DNA of 64,000 bases from an uncultured Dehalococcoidia bacterium (lineage in GTDB: Bacteria; Chloroflexota; Dehalococcoidia; UBA2247; RBG-13-53-26): contig CAZBJX010000008.1 of NCBI GenBank assembly GCA_964492335.1, positions 2,757-66,756 of the forward strand, in the 5' to 3' direction. The notes under the pieces are model-generated. The model was not told the DNA's origin. It saw only the letters and a program-made list of their open reading frames with translations, and ran no database searches. This document shows, piece after piece, positions 59,519 through 64,000 of the stretch. Positions within the stretch are counted from its first letter, which is position 1. Every line of letters begins with the position of its first letter. The translations under genes and the position numbers were made by a program.

Positions 59519-60301
59519 ATGGCGGAAGTGCTGCGCAACAAGAACCTGACTACCAGATTTCAGATCCTGGTCGAGATTGCTGACCAGGGTCCCAATGTCC
59601 AGCAGAAAGATATCGCCAGGAGGCTGGAGATTACCCCTCAGGCGGTATCCGACTATGTAACCCAGCTCGTCAAGAGCGGGATGCTGGTCTCCGAAGGGCG
59701 TTCCCGTCACAGCGTCACCAGGGAAGGGGTCAATTGGATCATCGAGACCCTGAAGGATCTGAGCAACTACATCCTTTTCATCCAGAGGGCCGTCAACAAC
59801 ATCTCGGTCTGCGCTGCGATTGCCGAAAGCGACTTGAAGAAGGGACAGAAGATCAACCTCAAAATGAAGGATGGGTTGCTCCTGGCTTCAAGTGGTGCCG
59901 GCCCGGGGGCGGCTGGCATGGCCATCTCCAATGCCAGACAAGGTGAAGATGTAGGGGTTTCCGGCATAAGCGGTATTGTGCCCCTTGAGCGGGGGATGGT
60001 AACCATACTGAAGATCCCCAGCATCGAGAGAGGGGGATCCCGGAAGGTCGACTACGGCATATTGCGGGAGCACTTGAAGGGCTGCCCGCTGGTCGCTTCC
60101 CTGGGGCTGGAATCATTGGCCGCGCTGCGCAAGACCGGCATCGATTTCTGCCGCTACGGAGCTATGGGAGCCGCTATCGAGGCCGCGCAGAGCGGCCTCA
60201 ATTCCCTTGTGGTCAGCGTTGAAAACGAGACCTTCGAACTGATAACCAAACTGGAGAAACAGAAGATCCGCTACCGGCTGATCGACGTCGAAAGCGCGTA
60301 G
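59519..60301 (+). CDS. Winged-helix transcriptional regulator (MarR/Crp-like N-terminus, COG1497-like)
   Basis: TRFQILVEIA, QQKDIARRLEITPQAVSDY wHTH; C-terminal AAIEAAQSGL pattern. Confidence 0.8.
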   Translation: MAEVLRNKNLTTRFQILVEIADQGPNVQQKDIARRLEITPQAVSDYVTQLVKSGMLVSEGRSRHSVTREGVNWIIETLKDLSNYILFIQRAVNNISVCAAIAESDLKKGQKINLKMKDGLLLASSGAGPGAAGMAISNARQGEDVGVSGISGIVPLERGMVTILKIPSIERGGSRKVDYGILREHLKGCPLVASLGLESLAALRKTGIDFCRYGAMGAAIEAAQSGLNSLVVSVENETFELITKLEKQKIRYRLIDVESA

Positions 60302-60381
60302 CCTTCACCTGTATGGCGGGCCAGCCCGCCAGCCCTCATCTCCACCGCCGGCCAACCCGCCAACACAGCCCACACCTACTG

Positions 60382-60446
60382 TTGACAATGAGTCTATTGG
60401 CCTCATATACTTAAACCAGACTTGAGAATAATCAAGTACACTTGAT
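60382..60446 (+). promoter_or_regulatory. Sigma70 promoter with overlapping inverted-repeat operator
   Basis: TTGACA (60382-87)-18 bp-TATACT (60406-11); then ACTTGA-gaataa-TCAAGT-ac-ACTTGAT at 60420-60446. Confidence 0.75.
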
Positions 60447-60544
60447 AGAGGGTGACAGACTATGCCTGTGCAATGCAGCAGGCTCCCCAGAATCATGAGT
60501 TTGGGCAAATCAAATCGTCAGAAGACGAAAGGAGAGCTGTAGAC

Positions 60545-61957
60545 ATGGGGTCGAAAGGAACCAAGCTGTTTGGTCTGCTGGTCGCGCTGATGGTCCTCAT
60601 AGGCCTGCTGGCGCCAGGAGCCGCCGTTGCTGGTGCAGGGGACTGGTCGCAGTTCCACGGCGATGCGGCTCATACCGGGTTTTCATCGTCGAAAGCCCCG
60701 AATACTCCCAGCTTGAAATGGGTCAGCGCCGATATCGGGGTGCTGCCCGCTACCCCGGTGGCAGTTGGCGATGGGAAAGTGTTTGTGGTCTGCACCAATG
60801 CCGTCAAGTGCCTGAGCCAGGCGGATGGCTCGGTCCTGTGGTCGCGTGCTGTGAGCGGGGCGGGCACCTGGGGCAGTTGGGCAGGCCCGGCCTATAACAA
60901 CGGTAGAGTCTTCATGGCTACAGACGGTATTTGCTGTCTGGACGCCGGCGATGGCCGCCAGTTGTGGAAATATTCTTTCCCCGGCAGTCACTGGGCGGTC
61001 AACGGTTGCGCCGTGGTGGCTGAAGGCAAAGTAGTGGCTGGCGACTGGGACGGCAATACCTATTACTGCGTCAGCGAAGATACTGGCGAACCCTTATGGC
61101 AATATCATGTCGCCGGCTATGCGCAGGGCACGCCTGCCTACCATAACGGCAGGTTCTTCCTGACATCCTGGGAGTATGTTGGCGGCCATATCTATTGTGT
61201 CAACGCCAGCAATGGCTCGCTGGCCTGGCATTCAGCCGGCAAGACCGACGGTACGTACGATTGGGATACCTGCGGCTCGGTCACTGTGGCCGACGGCAAG
61301 TGCTTCTTCACTACCTACAATTTCGCGGGATACGGTGAGCTCATGGCGCTCAATGAGGCCGACGGTTCGGTGGCCTGGGGGCCGCGGCAGATAGAGCGGT
61401 CGGATTCCACGCCGGCATATGCCGCCGGCAGATTGTATGTTTGCGGCGGTTGTGTTGGCTATACAGATGAAGGGGAAAGAACCTATTGCTTCAATGCCTC
61501 CAACGGTGAACTGATCTGGCAAACGCCGGCGGGCTCCGAGCCGGGAGCGCTGGATGTCGGTAACTGGACATGTTCGGTGGCAGTGGCTGACGGCAAGGTC
61601 TTCGTGGGCAAGCCCGATCACGGTGGTGACCCGATGGCCTTCGACTATGAGGCCATTTATGCCCTGAATGCCGCTACCGGAGCCGAGATCTGGCACTACG
61701 ACCACGGCGGCGCTTCCCCGTCAGTAGCCGGTGGTGTGGTCTACACGGTGGCGGAGGGCAAGGTATGGGCTTTCGAAGCTGATACTCCTGCCTGGGATGT
61801 CAACGGGGACGGCTCAATAAACGTGCTGGACCTCTCTCGTGTCGGTGACCGCTTCGGCGAGACCGGCGCGCCCGGCTGGATTCCCGAGGATATCAACCGC
61901 GATGGCGTCATCAACGTCCTCGACATGAGCGTCATCGGCGACCACTTCGGCGAATAA
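60545..61957 (+). CDS. Secreted PQQ-like beta-propeller protein with C-terminal dockerin
   Basis: Signal peptide, DWSQFHGD, repeated 'A-DG---W' blades; DVNGDGSINVLD and DINRDGVINVLD Ca-binding repeats; AAAGGAG RBS. Confidence 0.9.
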   Translation: MGSKGTKLFGLLVALMVLIGLLAPGAAVAGAGDWSQFHGDAAHTGFSSSKAPNTPSLKWVSADIGVLPATPVAVGDGKVFVVCTNAVKCLSQADGSVLWSRAVSGAGTWGSWAGPAYNNGRVFMATDGICCLDAGDGRQLWKYSFPGSHWAVNGCAVVAEGKVVAGDWDGNTYYCVSEDTGEPLWQYHVAGYAQGTPAYHNGRFFLTSWEYVGGHIYCVNASNGSLAWHSAGKTDGTYDWDTCGSVTVADGKCFFTTYNFAGYGELMALNEADGSVAWGPRQIERSDSTPAYAAGRLYVCGGCVGYTDEGERTYCFNASNGELIWQTPAGSEPGALDVGNWTCSVAVADGKVFVGKPDHGGDPMAFDYEAIYALNAATGAEIWHYDHGGASPSVAGGVVYTVAEGKVWAFEADTPAWDVNGDGSINVLDLSRVGDRFGETGAPGWIPEDINRDGVINVLDMSVIGDHFGE

Positions 61958-62062
61958 GAGTTCCGTGGATGAACCATGAAGGAGGCAATTCAAAGAGGAA
62001 AGAACCAACCACGCGAGGAAGAAGCGGTCCTGCATCAAATGCTGGGGTGAAGGAGAAGAAGA

Positions 62063-64000
62063 GTGAAGCGAAGGTCTATTTCGAAAACTGCGCGGCGACT
62101 GCTGAGCGCGTCGCTGATGGTTCTACTGGTTTTCACTGCCCTGATACTCCCTGTGCAAGCGGCTCTGGCCCAAGACTGGCCGCAGTTTCAGAAGGACGTT
62201 ACCCACACCGGCCATACCACGGAGATGGGGCCCGTTACTGCCAATACGGTCAAGTACTGGAAAGCCGCTCTAGTCACAGGACGCTTCAACGGCATCAATA
62301 CCACTCCTGTAGTGGCCGATAACAAGGTCTTCTGCATCTCTGCCGGTGGAAACGTATACGCCTATACGCTCAATGGAGCAAGCCTTTGGCACGTCACTGT
62401 GAGCACGGCTACCGGCTTTGAATTGTCCGTCCCGGCCTATGGTGATGGCAAGTTATTCGTGGCCACTAATGAGGGAGGGCTATTTGCGCTCAATGCCTCT
62501 ACCGGTGCCACGATGTGGGGGTCTGACACGGGCCCGATCAGCAGCGTCCAGATCAATACCCCGGTGGTCTACGACAGCAGCGACGGCCGCATCTACTTCG
62601 GGGACTGGTACGGAACCCCGAGCAAAGAGACGCATTACTACTGTTATGACGCCAGCACCGGCGATGCGGTCTGGTCCAGGGCTTCCGCTCGCGGCAAAGG
62701 TTACTACTGGTCCGGGGCCTGCGTCATCGGCGATTGCCTGGTCTACGGCGGCGATGACGGCTACCTGACCTGTGTCAACAAGTCAACCGGTGAATTTGTA
62801 AGCGAGTTCCAGTTAACAACCAGGAACATCCGCGCCTCGGTGACCTGGGACCCGGAAGCGCTATGCTTATACACCTCGGATAACGGCGGCTATCTGCATG
62901 CCCTCTCCTTCGATCCCAGTAGTGGAACATTCGGCAGCCGCCCCTGGGAGGCTGTGCTCCTTAATGGGGGAGTTCAGAGCACCTCTACTCCGGTGGTCTA
63001 TGGCGGCAGAATCTACGTCGGTACCGGCGGGGTCGGCACCGCCGGCGGCATGCATTGCCGCAACCAATCGGACGGCGCCGATATCTGGGACTATGTTCCG
63101 GTTAACAGCGACAGCTCCAAGAATGCGATCCAGTCTTCGCCGGCCGTGAGCGTGTCCGGTGACGACGTCTATGTCTACTTCACTACCAATTCACGGTATG
63201 GCCAGGTCTATTGCCTGCACGACGATGGCGACCTTGCTGGTTTGGTCTGGAGCTACAACCCCGATGAGTATGGCCACAGCACCCACGGCTATATTCTTCA
63301 GGGCGTAGCGGTTTACGGCGGTCGGGTCTTCTTCGGCAATGATGGCGCCTATCTATATGCATTGGGGACTCCCCCGGTGGCCGATGACCAGAGCGTGACC
63401 ACCGATGAGAATACCGCGCTCCCAATAACTCTTACCGCAGCGGATGCTCAGGGCAATCCTCTGACGTATACCGTCGTTACCCAGCCGGCCAATGGCGCTC
63501 TAACCGGCACGGCGCCGGATTTGACCTATACTCCGAACAGCGGCTATCACGGCGCAGACAGCTTCACCTTCCAGGTTAACGACGGCGTTCTGGACTCCAA
63601 TATCGCTACCGTCAGCATCACGGTCGTTCAGACCACTACGATCAACCTGCGCGCTACCGGTATCGGCGGCGACATCTTCAATGTAGATGATTACCCGGTG
63701 CCCGATATCCAGGTGACGGAAGACAACTGCACCATGGATGCCCAGACAGCGATGGGAGCGGTGGTCTACTATTGCCAGCAGAACGGCATAGAGGTCACGG
63801 TGCAGGATCATCCCGACATGGGCCTGTATGTCCACCAGATAGGCACCAACGTGAATGATGAGGACTGCTGGACGTACACAGTAGATGAGACGACAGCCTG
63901 GATCTCTGGGGCGAACTACGCCCTGACGGGCCGCGAGTCCGTCCACTGGGCCAACTACAACGTGGGGCTGTACTCCCTGCACCTTTCCCTGGATAAGACG
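62063..64000 (+). CDS. Secreted PQQ-like beta-propeller + Ig-like (Big_9/cadherin-like) + DUF4430-like protein, truncated by window end
   Basis: Not in the ORF track; hand translation is open for 646 codons: MKRRSISKTARRLL...QDWPQFQKD, propeller, PVADDQSVTTDENT...YTPNSGYHGADSFTF (~63371-63628), TAMGAV...GLYVHQIG...WTYTVD...GANYALTGRESVHW. Confidence 0.88.
   Translation, partial: MKRRSISKTARRLLSASLMVLLVFTALILPVQAALAQDWPQFQKDVTHTGHTTEMGPVTANTVKYWKAALVTGRFNGINTTPVVADNKVFCISAGGNVYAYTLNGASLWHVTVSTATGFELSVPAYGDGKLFVATNEGGLFALNASTGATMWGSDTGPISSVQINTPVVYDSSDGRIYFGDWYGTPSKETHYYCYDASTGDAVWSRASARGKGYYWSGACVIGDCLVYGGDDGYLTCVNKSTGEFVSEFQLTTRNIRASVTWDPEALCLYTSDNGGYLHALSFDPSSGTFGSRPWEAVLLNGGVQSTSTPVVYGGRIYVGTGGVGTAGGMHCRNQSDGADIWDYVPVNSDSSKNAIQSSPAVSVSGDDVYVYFTTNSRYGQVYCLHDDGDLAGLVWSYNPDEYGHSTHGYILQGVAVYGGRVFFGNDGAYLYALGTPPVADDQSVTTDENTALPITLTAADAQGNPLTYTVVTQPANGALTGTAPDLTYTPNSGYHGADSFTFQVNDGVLDSNIATVSITVVQTTTINLRATGIGGDIFNVDDYPVPDIQVTEDNCTMDAQTAMGAVVYYCQQNGIEVTVQDHPDMGLYVHQIGTNVNDEDCWTYTVDETTAWISGANYALTGRESVHWANYNVGLYSLHLSLDKT

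Noticed and set aside
60440-60545. Cobalamin riboswitch ahead of the propeller genes
   Set aside because: No B12-box or GGGAA...ACTG...GCCACTG...AGCCAGGAGACC elements visible
60545-64000. PQQ-dependent dehydrogenases
   Set aside because: Only the structural propeller blades are recognisable; no catalytic PQQ/Ca motifs, adjacent-Cys methanol-dehydrogenase loop context or pqq genes
59167-64000. Intact integrative element (integrase, attR copy of the tRNA 3' end)
   Set aside because: No recombinase motif or tRNA-end duplication found within the window

Overview
High-GC bacterial chromosomal segment, most likely from an anaerobic Chloroflexota (Dehalococcoidia-like) organism. That is an inference from the short EF-Ts, the DUF6125-type protein, the hom-small protein-thrC order and the regulator type. 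Most of it is housekeeping: glnA (cut by the left edge), thrS, korDABC, proS-ispG-rseP-dxr-cdsA-uppS-frr-pyrH-tsf-rpsB, udg, ftsK, a pantothenate operon, glyA, rpsF-ssb-rpsR, hom/thrC, folE and tRNA-Val(GAC). Interspersed are anaerobic catabolic genes: an OYE flavoenzyme, a MOP-type aldehyde oxidoreductase module, SDRs and a family III CoA-transferase. The best candidate for an undescribed system lies right of tRNA-Val, where GC drops by eye. It comprises a winged-helix regulator, a strong promoter with overlapping inverted-repeat operators, and two secreted PQQ-like beta-propeller proteins. One propeller carries a dockerin; the other carries an Ig-like and a DUF4430/transcobalamin-like domain and runs off the window. 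Together they suggest a regulated, modular cell-surface corrinoid or metal scavenging complex. Other oddities: a terminator-containing pan leader, a YxxxK-less SDR inside the tsf-pyrH operon, an hslV-less hslU abutting rpsB, a thr operon without thrB, and several short gene scars including an IS630 remnant. All family assignments come from motif recognition by eye; no database searches were run.
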